Assembly: GCA_963550425.1 (NCBI GenBank)
Contig: CAUVCE010000001.1
Location: forward strand, 1-47,683
Direction of reading: 5' to 3'
DNA from: an uncultured Neisseria sp.
GTDB lineage: Bacteria > Pseudomonadota > Gammaproteobacteria > Burkholderiales > Neisseriaceae
Length of the DNA: 47,683 bases
In this document: piece after piece, positions 35,227 to 45,243 of the stretch
Layout of the letters: each line of letters begins with the position of its first letter
Position numbering within the stretch: position 1 is the first letter of the stretch
Position numbers and translations under genes: made by a program
The notes under the pieces: generated by a model
What the model was told of the DNA's origin: nothing
Seen by the model: the letters and a program-made list of their open reading frames with translations, nothing else
Database searches by the model: none

Positions 35227-36942
35227 TTATGTTGTTTGTTTATCGGTGTGCAGCCAAGCCTGTTCGAATACTTCGGACAGGCCGGCCGCCAATTCGGATT
35301 CATCGGAAAAAAGAGGCAGGCCGTAATTTTGACTCAGTTTGGCTATATTCAGACAGGCAAATGCGGAATAGTGGCTTTCATATATCCCGTTGCGTTGTTT
35401 GTCGTTGATTTTGACGATTAGGCCGGGATTATTCCTGATTTCTGCCAATACCACTGATTTAGGCAGGAAAAAATAACGGCCGACAGGCTGCCTTTGGAAG
35501 TTTTCTATGTTTTTGACGAAATTGCCTTCATAAAAATAATAAAATACCCCCAGCATGTCGTTCGCGTCTTTTTGGAAGTATTTTCCCACTTTGTTGATGT
35601 GGAATATTTCTTTGAAATACGCAATGCCCCGTTTCGAACGCCAAATATCGTCATTCAGCCCGCGGATGCCTTTTTGCGCCAGACCTTTGTCGCGCAGGCT
35701 GCCCGCCGACATCAGGTCGATACGCACGTCTCCGTATTTGGCAAAATCCATGCTGTATTGTACATCCACCGTGAAGCTTTGGCTGCCGTTGCGGATTTTC
35801 AGGTCTATCGCATTGTTGTCCAGGTTGTTCCGTTCGGCCGTGTAGGGTTGCCCCGCCGCCGCAAAAGCGCGGTTGAACAGGTCGCAGGCGCGGTCTTCCA
35901 GATAGTCGTTAATCTCCATGCCGTATCCGTGTCCGACTGGGGACGCCGGAGTTTCGGGCTTGATGCCGGCGGCCATTTCGCAGGCCGTCCGAACGGCCGC
36001 CATCAGGCTGCCGCTGTCGGCACGCCCCGTTCCGGCCAAATCGAGGGCCGTGCCGTGGTCTACCGAAGTGCGGATGAAGGGCAGGCCGAGCGTGATGTTC
36101 ACCCCTTGGCCGAAGGAAGCGTATTTCAATACCGGCAGGCCTTGGTCGTGATACATCGCCAGCACGGCATCGGCGTCTTTCAGCATAAACGGCTGAAACA
36201 GCGTGTCGGCCGGATACGGCCCGCGGATGTCCAGTCCGGCGGCGCGCAGCTCTTCCAGCGCGGGGATGATGACGTCGTTTTCCTCATGCCCCAAATGGCC
36301 GCCTTCGCCCGCGTGCGGGTTGAGGCCGGCAACCAGGATGCGCGGCTGCGCAAGGCCGAATTTGTGCCGTAAATCGCGGTGCAGGATGCGGGCGGTTTCC
36401 AGCAGGCTTTGGCGGGTGATCGCGGCGGCCACGTCTTTCAGCGGCAGGTGGGTGGTGGCCAATGCCACGCGCAGGCTGCCGCCCGCCAGCATCATGACGA
36501 CGCGGGGCGTGCCGCTTTTTTCGGCCAGGTATTCGGTGTGGCCGCTGAAAAATCCGCCGCCCGCGCCCGCGTCGTTGATGATGCCCTTGTGCAGCGGGGC
36601 GGTGGTCATGGCGGCGAACGTGCCGTTTTGAATGCCCTGACAGGCGGTGTCGAGCAGTTGCAGCACATAGGGCGAATTGGCGGCGTTCAGACGGCCTGCC
36701 TCGCAATGTGCGGCAAGCGGGATGTGCAATACTTCCAATGCGCCCTTCGGCGGCGTTTCCGAGTCGCCATAATAGCAAAATGAAACCGTTTTGCCGAGAG
36801 TTTCGGCACGGTGGCGCAACAAATCAATATCGCCCAACACCACGGGGCGGCAGGGCAGCTTGGCATCGGCCAAATCCAAACAAATATCGGGGCCGATACC
36901 GGCAGGTTCGCCGCTGGTTACGGCAATAATGGGAAGGGGCAT
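35227..36942 (-). CDS. pdxA: 4-hydroxythreonine-4-phosphate dehydrogenase fused to a ~230-aa C-terminal domain of unknown (nuclease-like) function
   Basis: [31 protein letters not shown] and RTSVDHGTA motifs; frame stays open for about 245 codons past the usual PdxA end. Confidence 0.9.
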   Translation of the reverse strand: MPLPIIAVTSGEPAGIGPDICLDLADAKLPCRPVVLGDIDLLRHRAETLGKTVSFCYYGDSETPPKGALEVLHIPLAAHCEAGRLNAANSPYVLQLLDTACQGIQNGTFAAMTTAPLHKGIINDAGAGGGFFSGHTEYLAEKSGTPRVVMMLAGGSLRVALATTHLPLKDVAAAITRQSLLETARILHRDLRHKFGLAQPRILVAGLNPHAGEGGHLGHEENDVIIPALEELRAAGLDIRGPYPADTLFQPFMLKDADAVLAMYHDQGLPVLKYASFGQGVNITLGLPFIRTSVDHGTALDLAGTGRADSGSLMAAVRTACEMAAGIKPETPASPVGHGYGMEINDYLEDRACDLFNRAFAAAGQPYTAERNNLDNNAIDLKIRNGSQSFTVDVQYSMDFAKYGDVRIDLMSAGSLRDKGLAQKGIRGLNDDIWRSKRGIAYFKEIFHINKVGKYFQKDANDMLGVFYYFYEGNFVKNIENFQRQPVGRYFFLPKSVVLAEIRNNPGLIVKINDKQRNGIYESHYSAFACLNIAKLSQNYGLPLFSDESELAAGLSEVFEQAWLHTDKQTT

Positions 36943-37008
36943 ATTTATTTCCTTGAATATAACGGATAGATATATTTTTTTTAGCAAACGGCAAGCCGCA
37001 TTTGATCC

Positions 37009-38655
37009 CTATTCGTTCTCCACCCGTTTCAACAACACGAACAACTCATTCTTATTGCGGGGCCGCCTGCCCTGCCACACTTCGCGCCAGCCATCCGGCA
37101 CGGCGGCATAGGCATCGGTCTGCATCAGACGGTAACTGCAGCCCGACTCGCCGACATCGAACGGCAGGCTGCCGTATTCCTTCCATGCCATGCGGGCGGT
37201 TGGCAACCTGTCGTCTATGCTGAAACAGGCGCGGCGTTCCTTCAAATCCTCCGGCAGGGCGGACTCCATCCGTTCGACTACGGGGCGGTAACTCTTGGCG
37301 GCATCCAGCCAAGGCAGGAACAGCGTCATCAGCAACGCCCAGGCGAGCGTCATGCCGGCTGCCCAGTTGGTAACCGCTTGACGCGCCTTGACGTTCTTGC
37401 GCGTAACCGCCCACAGCCACAACGGTGTAAACAACACTGCCACCAATATCGGCATAACATCGAATTTGGGCGTGTAATAAGGGCTGAAATAAGCCGACCG
37501 CGCCGCCAGTTTTGCCGGCCAGCCGAAATTCATGGCAAAAAATCCCAACCACAGAAATACCGCCAACAAACCAAAGGCCGCCATGCCGAACCAATTGAGA
37601 AAGGCAGCCGGCCCGCGCCTCATCTGGTCCAGACGCGCCGCACCCAGCAAGGCCGACATCGGCAGCAGCCACATCAAATTATCTTCATCGGTTTGCGGCA
37701 CGAAAGCCAACAGCAGCCCCATAACCGACAGCCACACCAATGCCAGCGAACCCCATGCCTCATACCAAACCTTGTGGCGGAAAACCGTCCATGCCGCCAA
37801 CGGCCAAGCGGGAAAGGCAAACCACGATATATTTTTCAAATAATAGGGCAGGCTGAAACCCAACGAAAACGAAGCCGTTCCGCCGAATGCGCCGAATGCG
37901 TGATAATGAAGCCAGCCGTCAAAGGCTTCGGGCGAATGGCGGTACAATGCCAACGGATGCAGCAGCATCAGGGGCAAGGCAAACACCATCGCACAGGATA
38001 ACGACACAAAAAAACGCCTGCTGCGCCAGATTGGCGACAAAGGCAGCAAAAATGCCGCCGATATTGTTGCGGCGGACACCAGCCAGCCGGCCGATACCGA
38101 AAGCAAAACCCAGCCCGAACCGAGTAAAAACGCTGCAGCCATCACCCTTTGCCGTGCCAGCGACAATCCGTGCAGGCACAGGCCGGAAGCGGCAAAGACA
38201 ACCGAAGAACCGCCGAGCAGGTGGCCGGCGGTAATCAGCCCCGCACAGCCGATTAAAATCAACACAACGCTGCGTCCCTGATGCCGCCCCGACAGATGAA
38301 AGCCCGCCATGCCGCAGGAGGTCAGCCCTACAATAGTAAACAACACGCTGGTCAGGCGCATGGCCGACACCGCGTCTGTCAGCCAAGGCGACAGAAACAG
38401 GCGGCAAAGGGAAGCCAGCCAGATATAGGCGAAAGACGCACCGGTATAATCTTCGCCCAATGCCTGAGGCTGCCAAACACTGCCGCCGGACAATAGGTTA
38501 TTGACGGCTTCGTTTACCCACAATTCGTCAGGTTTCCATAAGTCGTGTGAAAATACGCCCGGCCACAGCCAGGCAAAGGCCAGCAATAACAGAATCCACG
38601 GTTTTTCGCGGGTAGGGGGGACGGGGCGCAGTTCGGGAGGGGTATAGGTCAGCAT
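37009..38655 (-). CDS. ArnT/PMT-like (GT-C fold) multi-TM glycosyltransferase
   Basis: HDLWKPDE loop after the first TM, many TM helices, SYRPV near the C-terminus. Confidence 0.75.
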   Translation of the reverse strand: MLTYTPPELRPVPPTREKPWILLLLAFAWLWPGVFSHDLWKPDELWVNEAVNNLLSGGSVWQPQALGEDYTGASFAYIWLASLCRLFLSPWLTDAVSAMRLTSVLFTIVGLTSCGMAGFHLSGRHQGRSVVLILIGCAGLITAGHLLGGSSVVFAASGLCLHGLSLARQRVMAAAFLLGSGWVLLSVSAGWLVSAATISAAFLLPLSPIWRSRRFFVSLSCAMVFALPLMLLHPLALYRHSPEAFDGWLHYHAFGAFGGTASFSLGFSLPYYLKNISWFAFPAWPLAAWTVFRHKVWYEAWGSLALVWLSVMGLLLAFVPQTDEDNLMWLLPMSALLGAARLDQMRRGPAAFLNWFGMAAFGLLAVFLWLGFFAMNFGWPAKLAARSAYFSPYYTPKFDVMPILVAVLFTPLWLWAVTRKNVKARQAVTNWAAGMTLAWALLMTLFLPWLDAAKSYRPVVERMESALPEDLKERRACFSIDDRLPTARMAWKEYGSLPFDVGESGCSYRLMQTDAYAAVPDGWREVWQGRRPRNKNELFVLLKRVENE

Positions 38656-38884
38656 AATGGCGGTTGGGGCAAAGAAAACGGCAGTGTAACAAAATCGGCG
38701 GTGGAGAAAAAACTTCTGACGGTTTTGTTTGGCCTTCCCTGCTGCAGTTTTCCTCCGTATCGGGGATAATCAATCCGTTGTTGTGAATTTGGGGCAGGGA
38801 AGTCGGACGGCAAAAAAACGGATGCGGCGTGCTGCTTCTGTTAAACTGGCTGTTTTTGAAACAAGGCGGCGGACGCAGGCTCCC

Positions 38885-39349
38885 ATGCGCTACTTTTTTT
38901 CCTCGTTGCCCGTGTGGGTGATATTGGCCGATATGGTTTACACTTTTATCCTCAATGTTATGCAAAGTATAGATTTGGGGCGGAAAAATCTGCCGCCGGC
39001 GGACGGGCTGCCCGTTGCGCCCGAAATCGCTTTCAACGGCCTGCAGGTTGCCGCCAACGGGGGGATGGCGCTGGCCGTGGGCTTCGGTTTGCTGGTCTTG
39101 CTCAGGCTTAACCGCAAGGTGTTGGGTGGCCAAACGATGCCGCTGGGTATGTTCGCTATTTTGGGTTTGGCCGCCGTGCTGGCTTTTTCCCTGCCCGCCG
39201 TTTGGGAATGGGCATGGGCGTTGGCAGGGCTGGCGCGGGGCGAGGCGGTTGTTTCTTTCGACCGCCCGCGCTATCTGCTGGTGTCCGCCTGCCTGCCTTT
39301 TGTCGCGCTGCTGTGTGTCAGAAGGTTGTTGGCGATGCGAAGGCGGTAG
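38885..39349 (+). CDS. Hypothetical inner-membrane protein
   Basis: About four hydrophobic segments starting MRYFFSSLPVWVILADMVY. Confidence 0.7.
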   Translation: MRYFFSSLPVWVILADMVYTFILNVMQSIDLGRKNLPPADGLPVAPEIAFNGLQVAANGGMALAVGFGLLVLLRLNRKVLGGQTMPLGMFAILGLAAVLAFSLPAVWEWAWALAGLARGEAVVSFDRPRYLLVSACLPFVALLCVRRLLAMRRR

Positions 39350-39404
39350 GTTTCCCGATATTGTTGTACGGCCTGTAAATTCCGAGCAGTATGGGTGTTT
39401 TTTG

Positions 39405-39534
39405 CCAAAGTCTCCCTAATGGTTGAAACCCCGCCCTTTGGGGCAGTAGAATCAGGATTATTTGGGAGGGGCGTAACCCCTCCCAATAGGGCAACGCATA
39501 GGGCTGTGCCTTATTGCAGCCCTGTGTGTTGAAA
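39405..39534 (-). repeat. REP2/CREN-like element, full-length copy, immediately upstream of and opposite to rsfS
   Basis: Reverse complement aligns with 3962-4095 over about 130 nt. Confidence 0.75.
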
Positions 39535-39557
39535 GAAACATTAGGAAATTAAATGAT

Positions 39558-39947
39558 ATGACTGAACAAGAGTTGGTTGATTTGCAAAAGATGGTGGATG
39601 TCGCAGTCAATGCTTTGGAGGATGTGAAAGCCAAGGATATCGCGGTGTTGGAAACGCAATCCAAAACCCCGCTTTTTGCCCGTATGGTGATTGCCAGCGG
39701 CGAGAGTACCCGTCAGGTGAAGGCGTTGGCAAATAATGTGGCGCTGGATTTGAAGGATGCCGGCTTCGAGGTTTTGGGTACGGAAGGCGAAGAGGGCGGC
39801 GAATGGGCGTTGGTGGACGCGGGCGATTTGGTGGTCCATGTGATGTTGCCCGCCGTGCGCGATTTTTATGATATCGATACGCTTTGGGGCGGCAAAAAAC
39901 CCGAATTTGCCGCCGGCGCGGCCAAACCTTGGCATGCGGCCGATTAG
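39558..39947 (+). CDS. rsfS: Ribosome silencing factor
   Basis: LEDVKAKDI, IASGESTRQVKALA, WALVDAGDLVVHVM and FYDIDTLW motifs. Confidence 0.95.
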   Translation: MTEQELVDLQKMVDVAVNALEDVKAKDIAVLETQSKTPLFARMVIASGESTRQVKALANNVALDLKDAGFEVLGTEGEEGGEWALVDAGDLVVHVMLPAVRDFYDIDTLWGGKKPEFAAGAAKPWHAAD

Positions 39948-40026
39948 ATTAGTGCGGTGTGCCATGCCGATGTTTTTTTAATCGGGTGTGTCGTTCGGTA
40001 TGGCCGGCCATCGGACGGTTTTTGTC

Positions 40027-40063
40027 TTACCGCCCTTTCGGGCGGGGTTTCAACTGAAAAGGA
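40027..40063 (+). repeat. 3' core of a REP2/CREN-like element supplying the RBS
   Basis: TTACCGCCCTTTCGGGCGGGGTTTCAACTGAAAAGGA. Confidence 0.6.
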
Positions 40064-40069
40064 ATGTCT

Positions 40070-40486
40070 ATGAAGTTACGCAATTGGTTTGTTCCCGCCT
40101 TGTTGGCCTTGGGCCTGTCCGCCTGTTATCTGCCGCAGCAGCACCAACGCGGCGGCGTTTATCCCGACCAGGCGGAAGAAGGCCGCAGCCATCGCCACCG
40201 CAGCCGTCATGAAGGACGTGCGCCAAGCGGGGAAGGCGATGTCTTTGTCTGTGAAAACGGTATGCGGGTGCGCGTGAAGTATTTGGGCAACGAGCAAATC
40301 CGTTTGAGTACGGAAGGCCGTTCCGTCGTGATGAAACGCGCCGTTTCGGCATCCGGCGAGCGTTATACCGCCGACAGCGGTTTGTTCGGCAACGGCGGCG
40401 AATGGCATCAGAAGGGCGGCGAGGCAGTGTTCGCCTTCACCGAGGATCAGGGCGGGGATGTGGAAACGTCTTGTTCCTCCCGTTAA
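40070..40486 (+). CDS. sliC: MliC-family lysozyme-inhibitor lipoprotein (SliC-like)
   Basis: Lipobox LSAC; FVCENG, SASGERY, GLFGNGGEWHQKGGEA and VETSC motifs. Confidence 0.85.
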   Translation: MKLRNWFVPALLALGLSACYLPQQHQRGGVYPDQAEEGRSHRHRSRHEGRAPSGEGDVFVCENGMRVRVKYLGNEQIRLSTEGRSVVMKRAVSASGERYTADSGLFGNGGEWHQKGGEAVFAFTEDQGGDVETSCSSR

Positions 40487-40490
40487 TCGG

Positions 40491-40522
40491 CAAAGCCGTC
40501 TGTAGGTTTTCAGGCGGCTTTG
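40491..40522 (+). terminator. Variant-DUS hairpin after the sliC-like gene
   Basis: CAAAGCCGTCTGTA-GGTT-TTCAGGCGGCTTTG. Confidence 0.7.
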
Positions 40523-40559
40523 TTTTGGTTTTTGTCAATTTGTCAGGAAAGGTATTGCC

Positions 40560-41201
40560 ATGCCCCTGTCTTTCGATACTGATGGTTTCCCCACTTATTT
40601 CAACCAGGTTCCGGCCATTGTTTTATACGATCCTTTGGCGGAGTTTCTCGGTGCGGCGCAAAACGGTATGCTGACTTACCGTTATGTCGATGCGGTGCGT
40701 TTGGCCGGGCATTCCTGCCCTACCGTGGCCGGCGCGTACCTGATGGTCTGTCGCGGCCTGAAAGCCCTTTATGGCGATGATGTTCCGCAACGCGGCGGGC
40801 TGGAGGTGCAGATGCGGGACGGCCGGGACGAAGGGACGGCCGGCGTGATTGCCGCCGTGGCCACCCTGCTGACCGGCGCGGCTGCGGAACAGGGTTTCGG
40901 CGGCATCGGTATGCAGCACCGGTTTGCCCGCCGAGACCTGCTGGCCTTTGACGGAAATATCGAAGGTGTATTGTCCCTGCGCCGCCGCGATACCGGCGCG
41001 GCCGCAGAGGTGTTCTACAATGCCCAACGCGTGCCGTTCGATACCCGAATGGCCGAGGTAATGCCCAAGGCGGTAAGTGGCACGGCCTCTGCCGAAGAGC
41101 TGTTGCTGTTTAAGGAATTGTGGCAGGGACGCACCAGGGAAATCCTAATAGGCCATGCGGATGATGACGATTTGGTGGCCGTGCGGATGTTGGGCGTGTA
41201 G
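40560..41201 (+). CDS. FmdE-like putative metal-binding protein
   Basis: AGHSCPTVAGAY motif; family assignment from recall. Confidence 0.65.
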   Translation: MPLSFDTDGFPTYFNQVPAIVLYDPLAEFLGAAQNGMLTYRYVDAVRLAGHSCPTVAGAYLMVCRGLKALYGDDVPQRGGLEVQMRDGRDEGTAGVIAAVATLLTGAAAEQGFGGIGMQHRFARRDLLAFDGNIEGVLSLRRRDTGAAAEVFYNAQRVPFDTRMAEVMPKAVSGTASAEELLLFKELWQGRTREILIGHADDDDLVAVRMLGV

Positions 41202-41233
41202 CTGACTGAAAAACCGGTTGTTGTTCTGTATTC

Positions 41234-41269
41234 GGCCGTCTGAAAACATTTTCGGGCGGCCTGTTTTTT
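41234..41269 (+). terminator. DUS-derived hairpin before priA
   Basis: GGCCGTCTGAAAA-CA-TTTTCGGGCGGCC followed by a T run. Confidence 0.6.
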
Positions 41270-41278
41270 CCAATTGCC

Positions 41279-43441
41279 ATGTATTACTACCGAATCGCCC
41301 TGAATGTTCCCGTTTCAGACGGCCTGTTTACCTACAGCCACCCCCGCCCCCTGCCACACGGCACGCGGGTTGCCGTTTCCTTCCGCCGCAAAACCCAGTC
41401 GGGCATCGTATGGGCGGACGACCCTCATCCCGATTTCGACCCGGCCAAAATCCTGCCCGTCCAAGCCGTATTTGACGGCGAGCCCTGCCTGCCCGGACAA
41501 TGGCGCGAACTGCTGGCGTTTGCATCCCGCTATTACCATTATCCGCTTGGGCAGGCCGTGGCGGCGGCCCTGCCGCAGGGTTTGAAGGCGGCAGCATCGG
41601 CGGCCCTGCCCGAAGAGCCGCGCCTTTATCGGCTGAACGGGGTCGGCCGCCTGCAACCTTTCCCTCGTTTTCGCAAACAGGCCGAATTGTGGCGGGCGCT
41701 GGATTCGGACGGATTGGGTCTGGACATGCTCAAACAAATACACGGCCGGGCGGTCAAACTGCTTGACGAATGGGCGTTGCGGGGCTGGCTGGACATCCTT
41801 TCCCCTGCCGCGCCCGCATTGCGGCCGCCGCAACACACGGCGAACCCTGCCCAAGAAGCTGCCGCCGATGCCGTGCGCGGGGCATTTGGCCGATTCCGGC
41901 CCTTCCTGCTTTACGGCATTACCGGCAGCGGCAAAACCGAAGTATATTTCAACATCATGGCCGACATATTGGCGCAGGGCAGGCAGGTTTTATTCCTGCT
42001 GCCCGAAATCAACCTGACCCCCCAACTGCTGGCGCGCATCGCGCAACGTTTTGCCGGCGTGCCGACCGCCGTCCTGCACAGCCAAACCGCGGCCGGCAAA
42101 CGCACGCGGGACTACCTTCGCGCCATGCTGGGGCAGGCCAGGCTCATCATCGGCACACGCCTGGCCGTTTTCACCCCGCTGCCCGAAGCCGGCCTGATCA
42201 TAGTAGATGAAGAACACGATGCCTCCTTCAAACAAGACAACGAACTGCGATATCATGCGCGCGATTTGGCCGTATGGCGCGCCAAACGACATTCCTGCCC
42301 GATTATATTGGGCAGCGCCACACCCAGCCTGGAAAGCTGGCACAAGGCCAAAAGCGGTGCTTACAGCCTGCTCGAACTGCCGTTCCGCGCCCGCCCGAAT
42401 GCCAAATTGCCGAAGATAGACATTTTGGATGTCAAAAACATGAAACTGGATAACGGCCTCTCGCCGCAGGCCCTGTCCCTGTTGCAACAAAACCACCGTC
42501 AAGGCGGCCTGTCCATGGTTTACTTAAACCGGCGGGGATTTGCGCCCGCCCTGTTTTGCGGCGACTGCGGCCACACATTCGGCTGTCCGAACTGTTCTGC
42601 CAAAATGGTATTGCACCGGCGCGCCGGCCAACTGCGCTGCCACCATTGCGATTTCAGAAAACCCGTGCCGCAACAATGCCCCGAATGCGGCAATCAGGAC
42701 TTGGCGGCCATCGGGCAAGGCACGCAGCGCGTGGAGGAAACCCTGCGCCGCTTCCTGCCTCAGGCCGAAATCGCACGCGTGGACAGGGACAGCACATCGC
42801 ACAAAAACGACTGGGGTAAATTATACGAACGCATTGAGGGAGGCAAACTGGATATCTTGGTCGGCACACAGATGCTGTCGAAAGGGCATGATTTCGCCCG
42901 TTTGAACCTGGTTGTGGTGTTGGATGCGGACGGCAGCCTGTACAGCGCCGACTTCCGCGCCCCCGAACGCCTGTTTGCCGAATTGATGCAGGTATCCGGG
43001 CGGGCGGGTAGGGCGGACAAGGCCGGCCGCGTACTGATACAGACGCGCCTGCCGCAATCGCCCGTATTCGCCGCCCTGCAGGCACAGGATTACCGCTGCT
43101 TCGCCGACCGCGAATGGCAAGAAAGGATGCAGTTTGCACTGCCGCCTGCCGGCTTCCAAATCGCCATACGCGCCGATGCGCCGCAAATTCAGGAGGCGGA
43201 AGGGTTTTTGAACCAGATAAAAGAAATACTCGAGCCCATGAAGCCGGATGGCGTATCGGTGTTTGGCGCGGTGCCGATGTTCATGATGCGGCTGGCCGAA
43301 AGGGAGCGGGCGCAGGTGTTTTTGGAAAGCGCTTCGCGTGCCGACGTGCACCGTGCGGCCGCCCTTTGGCTGCAGATGCTGCAACAAAACCGCAACGGCA
43401 ACATACGCTGGTCGGTGGATGTGGACCCGCAGGAAATGTGA
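41279..43441 (+). CDS. priA: Primosomal protein N' helicase
   Basis: GITGSGKTEVY, DEEHD, SATPS, four CxxC, QVSGRAGR, WSVDVDP. Confidence 0.96.
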   Translation: MYYYRIALNVPVSDGLFTYSHPRPLPHGTRVAVSFRRKTQSGIVWADDPHPDFDPAKILPVQAVFDGEPCLPGQWRELLAFASRYYHYPLGQAVAAALPQGLKAAASAALPEEPRLYRLNGVGRLQPFPRFRKQAELWRALDSDGLGLDMLKQIHGRAVKLLDEWALRGWLDILSPAAPALRPPQHTANPAQEAAADAVRGAFGRFRPFLLYGITGSGKTEVYFNIMADILAQGRQVLFLLPEINLTPQLLARIAQRFAGVPTAVLHSQTAAGKRTRDYLRAMLGQARLIIGTRLAVFTPLPEAGLIIVDEEHDASFKQDNELRYHARDLAVWRAKRHSCPIILGSATPSLESWHKAKSGAYSLLELPFRARPNAKLPKIDILDVKNMKLDNGLSPQALSLLQQNHRQGGLSMVYLNRRGFAPALFCGDCGHTFGCPNCSAKMVLHRRAGQLRCHHCDFRKPVPQQCPECGNQDLAAIGQGTQRVEETLRRFLPQAEIARVDRDSTSHKNDWGKLYERIEGGKLDILVGTQMLSKGHDFARLNLVVVLDADGSLYSADFRAPERLFAELMQVSGRAGRADKAGRVLIQTRLPQSPVFAALQAQDYRCFADREWQERMQFALPPAGFQIAIRADAPQIQEAEGFLNQIKEILEPMKPDGVSVFGAVPMFMMRLAERERAQVFLESASRADVHRAAALWLQMLQQNRNGNIRWSVDVDPQEM

Positions 43442-43459
43442 GGCCGGTTTGGGGCTGGA

Positions 43460-43511
43460 AAAGCAAAGCCGCCTGAAAACCCGCAAATTGGTTTTCAGGC
43501 GGCTTTGCTTT
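43460..43511. terminator. Perfect bidirectional hairpin built from two GCCGCCTGAA variant DUS between convergent priA and pilR
   Basis: AAAGCAAAGCCGCCTGAAAACC...GGTTTTCAGGCGGCTTTGCTTT. Confidence 0.85.
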
Positions 43512-43521
43512 CAAAAAAACA

Positions 43522-45243
43522 CTACTCTATATTCAAACGTTCCATACGGTAACGCATCGAACGGAAACTTACCCCCAGCAGCTTGGCGGCCTGCGTGCGG
43601 TTGTAACGGGTAAGCTGCAATACCTGTTCGATAATCGAACGTTCCACCAAGTCGAGATATTCCTGAATCTGGGTCTGGCCGGGCAAAAACTGCGGCAGGC
43701 CGTCAAAATTAAGCGCCTGCAGATTGGCGGCGGCTTCGGCGGGTACGACATTATTGATGACGCTTTCCGCCCCCTGTCCGCCGGCCATCAAATCGACATG
43801 GCGCGGGGCATAATTGGCCGTCAGTTGCAAATCGTCCAACTGGATGATATTGCCTATGGTCAGCGCGATGGCGCGTTCCAAAATATTTTCCAATTCGCGG
43901 AAATTGCCGGGATAACTGTATGACAACAAAGCTTCCTGCGCCTTGGGGCTGAGCTTGTAGCCGCCCGGCACGCCGTCGCGGTATTTATTCAACAGGCGCA
44001 TGATCAGCCCTCCCAAATCCTCGCGCATTTCCCGCAGCGGCGGCATATGCAGCGTAACGACATTCAAACGGTAATACAGGTCTTGCCGGAATGCGCCGCT
44101 TTCCACCAGGGCCTCGAGGTTTTTATGCGTGGCACATATGATACGGACATCTACCGCCGTTTCCTTGGGATCGCCGATGCGGCGGACGGCCTTTTCCTGA
44201 ATCGCGCGCAGCAGCTTGACCTGCATGGCCAAAGGCAAATCGGCCACTTCGTCAAGAAACAGCGTGCCGCCGTCCGCATGTTGGAAAAAGCCCATACGGT
44301 CTTGGTCTGCACCGGTAAAGCTGCCTTTTTTATAACCGAAAAATTCACTTTCCATCAGATTTTCGGGAATCGCGCCGCAGTTTACCGCGATAAACGGGCC
44401 GACCGTCCTAGGCGACAATTCGTGTATGCTGCGTGCCGCCTGTTCCTTACCCGAACCCGATTCGCCGGAAATATAAACCGGCACATTGCTGCCGGCCAAA
44501 CGGCGGATTAAGTGGCGAACCTCCACCATTTGCGGCGACATGCCCAACAGGCGGGGCATATCGACATCGCCTGCGGCTTCCTCGATTTCGGCAGTGGCGA
44601 AAGCCGGTTGGGGTGTCGCACCGTTGCGGAAACGCTCGCGCAAAGAACTCAAAGTGTCGGACGGCGCCATAGGCTTGTCGATACCTCCGGCATAGCCTTT
44701 GCGTACGGAAGTTGTAGGGGCGTAGGCAGACGGCCACTTTATATCGGGCTGGCTGGAGGCCGGTGCGGCGGGGTTGAAGGGTTTGGGCGGCATAGGGGGG
44801 GGCGAAGGGGCGGGCTGGGGAATTTCGGCCGCTGCCGCTTTTTTGACCGGTGCTTCCGCAGGTTCGTTTACCTTAATCGCTGATTTGACCAACGAGCGCA
44901 GTTGCGACAGGGTAATCGGTTTTTGCAGGTAGTCGAATGCGCCCGATTTCAGGGCTTCGACAGCCTGATCGGCATTGCCGAAGGCGGTGATGACGGCCAC
45001 GGGGGTATCGAGCATCAGCTTGTTGATGTGCTGAACCACTTCCAAGCCCGAGCCGTCCGGCATACGCATATCGGTCAGCACCAGGGAATAGGCGTTGTTT
45101 TCCAGTTTGTTTTTGGCATCTTCCACACCCACGGCGGTATCGACGCGCAGCCCCATCTTGAGCAGGGTCATTTCCATCAGGTCGCGGATGTCCGCCTCAT
45201 CGTCCACAACCAACACAGGGTCTTGCAGATCGTTACTCTTCAT
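43522..45243 (-). CDS. pilR: sigma54-dependent response regulator, PilR-type
   Basis: REC domain (VVDDE, LTDMRMP), AAA+ GESGSGKE, ESEFFG..KGSFTGA, FRQDLYYRL, Fis-type HTH. Confidence 0.88.
   Translation of the reverse strand: MKSNDLQDPVLVVDDEADIRDLMEMTLLKMGLRVDTAVGVEDAKNKLENNAYSLVLTDMRMPDGSGLEVVQHINKLMLDTPVAVITAFGNADQAVEALKSGAFDYLQKPITLSQLRSLVKSAIKVNEPAEAPVKKAAAAEIPQPAPSPPPMPPKPFNPAAPASSQPDIKWPSAYAPTTSVRKGYAGGIDKPMAPSDTLSSLRERFRNGATPQPAFATAEIEEAAGDVDMPRLLGMSPQMVEVRHLIRRLAGSNVPVYISGESGSGKEQAARSIHELSPRTVGPFIAVNCGAIPENLMESEFFGYKKGSFTGADQDRMGFFQHADGGTLFLDEVADLPLAMQVKLLRAIQEKAVRRIGDPKETAVDVRIICATHKNLEALVESGAFRQDLYYRLNVVTLHMPPLREMREDLGGLIMRLLNKYRDGVPGGYKLSPKAQEALLSYSYPGNFRELENILERAIALTIGNIIQLDDLQLTANYAPRHVDLMAGGQGAESVINNVVPAEAAANLQALNFDGLPQFLPGQTQIQEYLDLVERSIIEQVLQLTRYNRTQAAKLLGVSFRSMRYRMERLNIE

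Noticed and set aside
41078..41092. TGGCACGGCCTCTGC sigma54 -24/-12-like motif upstream of priA
   Set aside because: Inside a coding region, imperfect -12, and no reason to expect sigma54 control of priA.
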